From assembly GCF_009914755.1 (NCBI RefSeq), contig NC_060937.1: 64,000 nt of DNA, one strand, 5' to 3'. This DNA is from the human T2T-CHM13v2.0 reference genome, Homo sapiens. The notes under the pieces are model-generated. The model did no database searches and was not told the DNA's origin. It saw only the letters and a program-made list of their open reading frames with translations. This document shows, piece after piece, positions 51,931 to 64,000 of this stretch (its first letter is position 1; every line of letters starts with the position of its first letter). Made by a program: the position numbers and the translations under genes.

Positions 51931-53619
51931 ACAGTCCAGCAAGTTTAACCAGATCAGAGGCTCCTATGAGTTGCAAGCAGGTTCAACCTACATTTCCTTG
52001 AAGAATTACCTTTTGGCTGTTTTAGCTTAGGGGAAATTACTTTTTAAAAATAACACAGAAAAATTAGGAGGTTATAATAGATTCCAAACACTTGTTTTTA
52101 ATATAAACCCTGTGGTGAAATTTTTATTGCCTGTAATTTCAAGTGACCTAATTATTGTAAACGGCCAGACAAATTGTTCAGGTCCACTGAACAAGAGCAT
52201 CCCACTGATGTGGTCTCACATTTTATTTAAAATATTTCTGGAGCAGTGAATAGAGGGCTATTTGCATGTCTATGGCATTTTTCTTTTCTTGTTCCCTTTT
52301 AAAAAGGGAACTACCCTTGACTGTCCAGGAGCTACCTGGGTGCTTGGGATACCTCAGGCATACATCCCTACTCTCTTGGTGCTATTATCTGTCAGACAAA
52401 ATGCAATTAACATAATAAACAAGCAAATTATGTAATGCATAAGTCTTTGCTCCGAAAAGTCCATAGATTTTTATACCATTGTCAAAAGATAGGTCTTTTG
52501 AATAACTGCTCTCTCTTTTATTTGTTTTTGGGATTTTTTCCCCCATCTTAAAGTCCAGATCCTTCTAGTGGAGTTTAAATAGTTCTCCCACCATAAAACT
52601 ATTCTGAGTCTTTGCACCCAGAAGTCATTTTCCACCACCGAACCCCCAAAGCACTCTGTTTGTGCCTTTCTGATTTCATTTGTCACTGTTTCCCTTGCCC
52701 CAGAGTGATTTGTCAACATAATTTGTCTGAGTCTCTTTCTTAGGGGCAGGAACTGCATCATTTGTCAGTCTTTGCTGTCTTTGTCATGTCTAGCACAGTG
52801 GCTTGCACCTAGAAAATGCCCCGTACCTTGGGACAAATGAATGTTCTGACTTTATAAGGATTTGAGTATGTGACATAACAGTCACATACATCAGTCACAT
52901 CCATAAATGTAGAAATCAAGTAAATTTTGAAATTTTGACCTATATGAAACATAATAGCTTAGCACTGTCTGATTATTGTGATATAACATTATGGTCTCCA
53001 AAATAAAAAATTATAATTTTAATTTTAGGAAAAGGGCCAAATTGATTAAAGCTGCTGTTTCAGAAGATCCCGTGGATTATCTTGGTATAATTCCTGGCAT
53101 CTGTGTTCTATTATTTAGCAGCCATGAGCCCTCTAAGCGAGATTGCATTGCCACACTGGATCATAACACCTGTATGAGACCAAGCTTTCTAATTTCCCTG
53201 AGGATAAAATACCTTCTTCTCTAGATATGAGAGATAGGAGATTACATCGGAGCCTACTGCATATACATAATGCTGTGCTTCTCTATCTTAGAAAGTTTAT
53301 TTGGATTATAAAATTAAATGCTGCTGGCAGTGAAACAATGCCAAAATGCTCTGAGAGAAAGTAATGGTGAAATAACTGGACCAGACCTAGGGCTTCACTG
53401 TTTGGACTCACGTGTCTCACAGGGGACACACAGCCCTTGGCAGGCACCTTCCACATGCTTAGCAGTTTTCAAGACGACTCTGCAAAGTGGGTTTATTCTT
53501 CCTAGAGATCCGCATGTCACTTTTTAACAGCCAATGTTTCATGGAAGACACTTTGTAAGACACTGGGTCAGTGGAAAGGTAATCATTGGTGTTAGCCTGA
53601 TCCTAACCACAATTTATAA

Positions 53620-53835
53620 AAGCCTGATGGATGATAGGCACTGTGCTGAGCACATTGCATTCATTATGATTATATCTTTTAGTCATTACAGTAGCCTGAT
53701 GTGGGGCCCTATCAGTCCCATTTTACCGACAAGGGAACTGAGGAGCAGAGATGTTAAGTAACTAGCCCAGAGTCACATGCCACTAGTATGTGGTGGATCT
53801 GGAATCTGAACACATGCCCTTCTAACTCCAAGTCC
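53620..53835 (-). mobile_element. MIR
   Basis: ggcactgtgctgagcac...cccattttaccgacaagggaactgagg...gttaagtaactagccc. Confidence 0.7.
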
Positions 53836-54101
53836 CTTATTTTGTCCACCCTCTGATATACATCTTCCGCTAGCAGTGGATTTGAACTCACTCCACTTTT
53901 ACCAAGCCTGTGCTTGCCCCACAGTGCTATACACTTTCCTGCACAGCGCACCAGATGTGGAGCAACAAGCTTGCAGACAAGCCTTGGTTTTATCATTCTG
54001 TGGCCTTGGGGAGCTCCTGTATGTGAAAATGTTTTGTAAACGTAGGACACTGTTCAGTCTGCAAGTTGGCATTTGAATTTCCATTTATTTTGGTGGAATA
54101 A

Positions 54102-54422
<321 letters not shown>

Positions 54423-54499
54423 TAGCATGGCTCCATCATCAGAAAAAAACCCTGGGTTAGTCAAACCCCGGGGAAAATGGGATTCCTTTAAAAATCACA

Positions 54500-54648
54500 T
54501 GACTGGGGATAAATAGTGGTGATGGTTGCACAGAAATATGAATGGACTTAATGCCACAGGCTGTACACTTACAAATAGTGGTGATGGTAAACTTTATGTT
54601 ATGCGTATTTTACAGCAATTTTAAGAATGATAATAAAAATAAAAATAA
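54500..54648 (+). mobile_element. L1M 3'-end fragment
   Basis: gtggtgatggttgcac...acttaatgccac...tgtacactt...ggtaaactttatgttatgcgtattttac. Confidence 0.7.
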
Positions 54649-54870
54649 GCCTAATATTTAAAAAACTCACATGAATAGGTATTATGCATGATTGATTTGT
54701 GCATTATTAACTACTGTTTACTGAAAGATGGCATCTTTCTGATAAATGGTCATGTTTACCCCTTCTTATGATTTTGAGACGGTCATGACCCTCAAAACTA
54801 CTTTCAGTCAAACCTTTTGCGTCCTTACAGTTTTCACACATCTCTTGGGCCGGTTTTTATTTTGTTATAG

Positions 54871-55125
<255 letters not shown>

Positions 55126-56016
55126 TAGTCACATGAATCTCCTGTGAGCTCATCCAGATATTACATAAAAGTTCCCTTCTGCCCCCTAGACACAGGCTAT
55201 GTGTGCTAGTGATGCCTCTGTCATCTCCTTACTCTGAGCCTTGGGACGCAGAAACCTATTGATATAGCAGGTGGATATTTTTCTAGCAGTTACTGAAAGC
55301 TGCCTTCTATAAACATTGGACCTACTATGTAAGAGACACTAAGTAAAGTGTTGTATTATTACTAATAAGAATGTTTCATGTTTACATCTTGATGCTCTTG
55401 AAACAGAATAAGAAAGCAGAGTATGCAGGTTTTTCTCTTCAAATTCAAGTGGTAGAAGAGAGAAGTAAGCATGGAGAAATCCTTCTGAAATGTCTGATAT
55501 TTACAGTTGGTATTTAAAAGTGATAGGATCAACAGAATGACAGCATTTTTAAAACCCAAACTCAATTGGCATTTCTGTGCTGGTTGTTTTTGTGACAGGT
55601 TTATGTCTTCCTGCTGCCTTGAGTCCACATAAGCCTCACTGCAGCTTGCAGGGCTCAGGTTGGACTATGAGGCCTGCAATAATGTGGAGCTTTAATCCAG
55701 AGTTATTTTTAAAATTTAAAACCATAAAAACAGCTAAAACTCATTTGTTTCTTGGGGAGAAGAGAATAGCAGGGGACTGGATTCCTTTTTAAACAAAAAT
55801 AACTAGCAGTTTTTCCCCAGGGTTTGTATAAATAAAATTATTTCTGAAGATGAGAACTTTGATGGCAAGTTTTCAGTTTAGATAGAATTCACGTACCTCA
55901 AAAGTAACTTTTAAAAACTTAGCCATTAGAAAAGGTAAGGGCTTTAAGAACACACTGTTATCAGACGTGCCGATGAAGAGAGGTGAATTTTAATCCAAGT
56001 CCTTGGTCCATCCTAG

Positions 56017-56376
<360 letters not shown>

Positions 56377-56473
56377 TAGATTCCTGAAAGGATATGAGAA
56401 TGTGTTTGTTACTTTTTTCTTATTCCTGTGTGTGCATTCAGTTAAGAGATGGCTTAAGAATAACTGAGACATG

Positions 56474-56753
56474 GGCTGGGCGTGGTGATTCACGCCTGTA
56501 ATCCCAGCACTTTGGGAGGCTGAGGCTGAAGTCAGGAGTTCAAGACCAGCCTGGCCAACGTGACAAAACCCCGTCTCTACTAAAAATACAAAAACTTAGC
56601 CGGATGTGGTGGCACGCGCCAGTACTCCCAGCTCCTCAGGAGGCTGCAGGAGGAGAATCACTTGAACCCACGAGGCAGAGGTGGCAGTGAGCCAAGATTG
56701 CACCACTATACTCCAGCTTGGGCGACAGAGCAAGACTGTATCTCAAAAAAAAG
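56474..56753 (+). mobile_element. Alu (AluS) with a small left-arm deletion
   Basis: Dimer; TSD agaataactgag. Confidence 0.92.
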
Positions 56754-57525
56754 AGAATAACTGAGTTTCTTAGGGATCATAGGGTTAATGAAATGATCTT
56801 GTAAAGATGACTGAGAATCTGTGGCTCAAGCATCCTCCATCACAGAACTTTGTATTTCAGCCGATCCCAGCCAGGACATTGCAGTCACTCAGGAATCTCA
56901 TTTCTGGATCCCCCTTCTTGTATCTGGACCCTCCCTTGGCTATATTCCTTCAGCGTTGATTAAAATTCCCCCCAAAAGTATTATCACTTTTGGTTAATTG
57001 GTGTCTCAGCAACCTTTCATGAAATATATGCCATCCTCCTCAAATTCCTTGAAGTCTGCCTCCCTTCTGCTGACCTCATGCAGTAACTGCCTTCCAATTC
57101 CTCTCCTCCCTGAGTCTACTGTCTCCTCTGTTCGCCCTACACCCTGCCACCAGAGCAGTGTTCTTACAGGGAAGCAGTAGCACAGCAATCAGAAGTGCTA
57201 GGTGCTTGGCCTTACTTCACTAGCATTAGTTTAGTAACTCCTGGACCCAGAAATACTAAAGCAGCCAACAGCAGGGCCAGCCACTATAAATAAGCTCATT
57301 GCCTAAGTGGCCAGGAAGAAGAGGTTTCAAGAATGTAGGCTTGCTTTACGAGAGTTAAGGAATTTGGTTTGACCATAACAGATGTCTACGATTCTCTCAT
57401 TTCAGTGGTGTGGGCTTGGAAGATTGTTTAGAATGTCTGAGATTGTGCAGAAGATGTAAAAAATCTTCCAAACATAAGAATTTACAGGAAATCTTTCCCT
57501 GGAATTACTTGAGACTTGAGCTTGA

Positions 57526-57771
<246 letters not shown>

Positions 57772-59620
57772 TAAAAATCCTTCTTTGTTTTTAGAAACTC
57801 AGACTTACTTTCCAACTCTACTCAGTATATCCCTAAAGATAACAGTTATTTCTGTGCAAAGTCAGAGAAGAGAAAGATTAAGAAGGGTGTTGTTCTGGTG
57901 GTGGTGGAATTTCGCATACCTCAGGGCTTAGTAAAAACCATGAGTTGTTCTGCTAATGGACACAGACCATCTGGAATTAGAATTGCCATGTGAAATTTTC
58001 GAATCTGATAGTTGAATAATTTCTTAGGGATAGAGTAGTCATCTTGAGATGAGTTCTATGAAACATGATTATTATTATTTTACTTTTGCTTTGTGCTGTC
58101 TTGGTTAACCAAAACACTATCTTTTCCTGCTAAAAAAGTCTCCGTTCCCTCCACATTAGCTCTTTAATAATAATATTTCCCCTATATCTCAGCCTTCTTA
58201 TTGCCTTGCCTATGAACTACTCATCAGTAGTCAAATCAGAGTCACTCTTTCCTGCAGTTGATTGTGAAGAGCAGGGAGACAAACCAGGAGAGAAAAACAA
58301 AACTCAATTTAAAAAAAATGAAAATTAGGATGATCCTCACGGTGCTTCAGCTGAGCATTTTATAGTGAAAGGTAATGAGGGAGCCCTTTTACTTAAGAAA
58401 TTAGTAAAAAGGATGAGATGCTCATGAATTCATATTAAAGGTAATTTAGGGGATCCAGTGGTGAAAATAACTCACTTAGCCCAAAATGCCCCAGTAAGCC
58501 CACAGTGCTTCCTGAGCATCCTGAGGATTTCATCATGTGTATTGGGGCACAGTAGGGGCTGGCGTGGAGATGACCTGGCACAGGGCTGCCTGCCCTTGGG
58601 GCTCTGAAGGCTCCTTCCCTAATTCAGGCACCAGCCAGATTCCTCACTGCATCACTGGGCAGCTGTGTTACCTTCAGGCAGATGCTCATCCATACGGGCT
58701 TCCCTTCAGACTAAAAGCCCAAACCCAGCAGATCACGAATTATAGACCTTGTCCTTTGAAGTTCTCTAATAAAGCCTTTTATTTCTTTCTCAGGAATGAA
58801 TAAAGGTTTTTATATTCCACATATTAGTGAAGGTACAAGATTATTAATTAGCATGTTACTTTTTAAAATCTATATTTGCTATTAATATTACCTTCTTTGG
58901 AAAACTACCTCATGATAAAAGTCACAGTATTTCTCTAAAGATATTTTTACTTTCTCACTAGACTATAACATTCTTGATCATTTATTGTTTTGTCTGAGTT
59001 TCCTGTCTGAATTTTATTTGAGGTAGAAAGATGATAGATCTCCATGTATTACCATCTCATTACAAAGGCCTGTTTAGGGCCAGAGTTCTGAGTGTCCTGC
59101 CTAGAGGTTTTAGTGGTGCCTTTGAACTTAAGAAGCCAGTAATCTCTCTAATATCAAGATCACAGAACATCTTCAAGAGAGATTTTCTTGTTTAGCTCTT
59201 ACTCCTGCTCTGTCACCATATCTCTGCTGGTCATTGGAAAGCCTGATGCAATTATCTACCCATATATATCACACATATTCATACATGTCAGATTCTTTTA
59301 TACTGATATTTATCTACCTATAACATTGATTGATCATATTCACATATATGTGCAAACATATGTCTATGAATATGCTCTCCCAATGGACACCACTATTCCG
59401 TTGATCCCATATAGCACCTACACTATTTGTCTACTGTATTCTTTTTTTTCTATGAAAGTAGGCTGTGCCCTCAGCCTAAAATCCTTTTTTCTCCTCAGTC
59501 TACTTATCACCCTTCCTTCCTTGTAATCCCTGTCATGTTGATATATGGGTGCTTACAGACACACTTAACCACCAGATTTTAATTCCTAGAGAACACAGAG
59601 AGACTGCGTATCTCTTACAC

Positions 59621-59832
59621 CAAGCTTGTCCAACCTGCGGCCCACAGGCCACATGCGGCCCAGGACAGCTTTGAATGTGGCCCAACACAAATTCATAAAT
59701 TTTCTTAAAAGATTATGAGATTTTGAGTGTGTGTGATTTTATTTATTTTTTTTAGCTCATCAGCTATTGTGTTAGTGTAGACAGTTCTTCTTCCAGTGTG
59801 GCCCAGGGAAGCCAAAAGATTGGACACCCGCG
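59621..59832 (-). mobile_element. MER30-like hAT MITE
   Basis: Terminal tgtccaa / ttggaca inverted motifs; 8-bp TSD tcttacac on both sides. Confidence 0.88.
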
Positions 59833-60529
59833 TCTTACACATATTTCTATCCTCAGTGATTAGTCTACTGTGCTGTGCATAGTAGGCATTTTAAAGTGTT
59901 TATTTGGTAAGTGAATGGAAATAGGAGAAATGTCATATCCCCAGAGGTGGATAAGCTGTCCAACCACCACCAGTCCGCTTTCCCTTACCCTTTCAGTAAC
60001 CCATCTTGGAGGACAGCAATTTACTCCTTTCTTTACAGTCCTTATAGGCAAAGAGCCTACAGAGACAGTGTTGTTCAGAAACACCACCCCAGGCTGCTGT
60101 GTTAACACACCTCAGGAGTGAGGCATCTCTTCCACCATATCCATTGTGAGGGAAGCACCATATCCATGGGCTGAGGGAAGCACCATGGAGTTGGACAAAA
60201 TGACCGCCTTGGCACCATGTTCTTTACAACTAGATTAATGGTTCTTTGATGTGACTCAGTAATATTTAATAATGCCGTTCCTACTGACAAAAGCACAAAC
60301 AAACCTTATAGCTTAAGTGAAAGAACATTAAAACAAGAGTAAAAGAATATGTGCCAAGCTAATGGGAGGGTAAGACAGTTGGTGTCTTAATTCCTGACTA
60401 AGGAAAACTACAACTTAACATTAACCTAACCTTGAGGCCCCAGTAGCCAAAGTAAGAAAAGAAAAATAAAGCAAATTTTATAACATTCAATTTTTTTAAA
60501 AAAAAGCTATTCAAGTTAACAGTAATCTA

Positions 60530-60715
60530 TGAAACATTTCAAAATAGCTAGAAGAAAATAATTTGAATGTTCCTAGCATAAAGAAAAAATAAATATTTAA
60601 GATGATGGATATCCCAATTACCCTGATTTGATATTTACACATTAAATGCCTGTATCAAATGATCACATCTACCCTGAAAAATGTACATCTATTGTGTATT
60701 AATAAAAATTTTTAA
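60530..60715 (+). mobile_element. L1MA 3'-end fragment
   Basis: atttcaaaatagctagaaga...gatggatatcccaattaccctgatttgat...tgtatcaaa. Confidence 0.75.
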
Positions 60716-60859
60716 AAACTATCAGAAAATGTAACAGAAAGTACACCTAAGTCTAAGATTTTTCATATAGTTTATTTTACTAGGCATCAAAATCAACATA
60801 TATTTATTAAAAGAGTAGTTTATAGCAATTTTTAAAGTATGCAGAAAAAATCTTCATAA

Positions 60860-61156
<297 letters not shown>

Positions 61157-63684
61157 TAAGTATTTTCAATATATCAATCTTAATAAAAGATTTTTATAAA
61201 TTTATATGCCCACAAAGGGATTTTTCATAGAAAGCTAAAGTAGTAAACCTCACCTGTATAAATTTTGAACGGTCTATGTTGAAACAGAGATAATTTCTAT
61301 CTAAATTGATAGTGTTGATATACACAAATATATATTAACTATCAGTTATCTAAGTATTATTAATTTGAGCTAAATCAACAAGGTAAAACTGAGGGGAACA
61401 TTTCATCCTTCTAATTTTTCTCTTATCAGAGCTATTTTCATGAGGTATTTCTTAAGGTATGTACCTTTGATGTTAAAAGACATCAAAGATTCTACTTAAT
61501 CCTTGAAATTCTTTGAGGGACCAGACCCAAAATAAGCTTCTTCAACCCAGAAAAGCAAAGGAAAATAACAGATTTTACAGTTGGGAGTCAGTTTTTTACT
61601 TTTTCCTTGCCAGACATACACTTTGCTACACTGTGGCTTCAGTCTTCTCCAGAACAAGGAGAACAGTCTGGAAGGGACTTGCTCCTCCCCTTTATTCCAG
61701 CCTCATAAACTCCACCCAGCACCCCTTTAAATCCAACTCAAAAGGGAAAAGAGATGAGTTGTCATCCATCCTGTAGTTCTTCCGGGTGCGGGCCCTCCAG
61801 GGCACAATTTAAAACCCGACATAGAGCACAGTTCATGGTAGCTGGAAGTGCTGTGGCGCTCTCCACCCGACGGAAACCTGCAGATGTGCCATTTTTTCAT
61901 CACCCTGCTTTTGTTCCTTTCTGAATGATGTCTGGGCCTAGCAGATGCTGTTTATCACTTTGCATTTATCAGCATAAATATGATTAAAGAACTTCTTCAG
62001 AAGGTAATAAGTTTGTCCTTTTTCCAGTTTATTTTCATAAATACCAGTCTGATTTAGTTGGCCGATTTGTATGAAACTAAGCCAATGTCTTAGATATTCT
62101 GTTCTTATAGATTCACAAATGCCCAAAAGATATAACAGTGAAGAAGATTTGAGGTATGAAGTTACTGGGGAAAAGATAGCTGTCAGGATGGGGGAAATGT
62201 TGTTGCAAATATCTAAAAAGTGAATGAAACCAAGCTCATTACAGTACATTTCTGTAATTCAGCAAATCCAAATCACTGATGCAGTGCCCTAAGGTTGTAC
62301 ACCTGGGACAAGATGGGCATCTTAATGGTACATCCAGGAGTTTTTGCTGAAACGTTACTCTTTCTCCACACATTAGTAAGGACAGCAATAGCCCTGCACC
62401 TTCCAGTGTCCCCAAAAGAAATAGAGTATTGATCTGTTATGAGTTAAGTCAGAATACCCGGTGAGTAATGTAGAGGGACACACCTATTTTGGCTTGAGTT
62501 TTCCAGGTATTTCTAGATAGCCTTAGTTCTTTGTTTTGGCTACATATATATTAAGTTGATAAAACCTGCTGTGTATCATTTTATATAAAATAAATATAGA
62601 CATACCATTTTGCCCACACTGCCCCTGAACCACACCCTTGCCCTACCTTGTAGTCCTCTGTTTGAGAAATATGCTATTGATTTCTTTCTAGAAATCCTAG
62701 ATAGAAGCATAATAACTAATACCTTATAGTCCGACAGTGTCTTGCAGTTTTGGAAACACTCTCAAACATACTTTCTTTTGTTCCCCCAAATAACCCTAAT
62801 TAAATAAAAGACAGAGTATTATTATGATGCCCTTTTTGCAATTGTGGAAATAAGTTCCCCAGGGAGGTAGAGGCCTTGGCCATGGTTACAGAGCCAGTGA
62901 GAGAGAGCTCAGCCTTAAAGCTCCACGCAGGGAGTTGGCATGGCACTGAAGGCCTCCTGCACTGCCACCTCCCTGCGGTCAACACTAGACAAGGTGTATA
63001 ACTTCGCCTCCCCTCAGTTTCCTCATTGTAGAATAAATAATGCTTATCTCAAAGATGAGTGAGCAAGATTAAATAAGATGATGTCTATGAATTAACTATA
63101 CTTCAACATTTTTATTTTCTTTGTTGTTGTTGTTTTGTTTTTGTTTTTGTTTTGTTTGTTTTTGGTGGGGGTTACTTCTTAACAAGCCACAAGAGAGGCC
63201 AGACCAGAGAGTCTTTCTGGTGACATTACTCCCCAACTAGGACCTTTCCCTGAACACTCTCAAACTATTTTAAGAGAAACTTTAATGCTGGGTAAAGTCC
63301 AAGATTTATTATAAAGCTATTTTTGTGTATTTCCCATTCTATGTACTTTGAGTTGTTTAATCATTCAGGAAATATTTATTGACCACCTACTGTGTGTCAG
63401 CCTATGTAAATAAGGGAATCATGTTATTCAGTATCATGCCCATTTTCTTTCCAAAGCAAATGTTACCATTTTCTAGTTCAGTTGAAATATTAGGCTTAAA
63501 ATTTTTATCTTTTCAAGGTTTGGACTTGTGCTTATGAGCAAGAGTGACCACTGACCCTCTCAAGGAAACAAGAAATGTTTGGGGTACAATTTTTACAGCA
63601 TTCCTTTAAGAAAAGCACCATTGGCAACTAGCAGCTGAAAAACCAACTGCTAAATCATAGTGTCAGTTTATGAGTAAGAGCGTA

Positions 63685-63999
<315 letters not shown>

Positions 64000-64000
64000 T

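Noticed and set aside
62940-62980. Possible CTCF site (tgccacct)
   Set aside because: Only half of the core matches; not supportable

Overview
Primate (human-like) genomic DNA containing the interior of one large plus-strand protein-coding gene, which I recognise from the spliced translation as FRY (Furry homolog, a HEAT/armadillo-like scaffold of NDR/STK38 kinases). I assembled 21 consecutive internal coding exons between 693 and 57668. Together they span 3203 nt (about 1067 codons), every intron phase matches and there is no in-frame stop. The gene starts upstream and ends downstream of the window. Twenty of the 21 donors are GT; the 47327-47641 intron has a GC donor. The introns hold about 20 Alus, a near-full-length Hsmar2 mariner and an MLT1 LTR nested in an old L1, other MaLR/ERVL LTRs, MER20, MER30, MIR/L2 relics, a 560-bp (GATGTG)n repeat and several small tandem duplications. 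I see no evidence for a wholly new gene or multi-gene system. The best leads are RNA-processing features: a 63-bp non-Alu inverted repeat with 61/63 identity, a strong donor 2 nt inside an exon whose re-splicing would be in frame, a candidate 48-nt poison exon, cryptic splice sites beside UG repeats, and inverted Alu pairs. All of these are hypotheses from sequence alone. Repeat subfamily names come from my recall of consensus sequences, not from a search.
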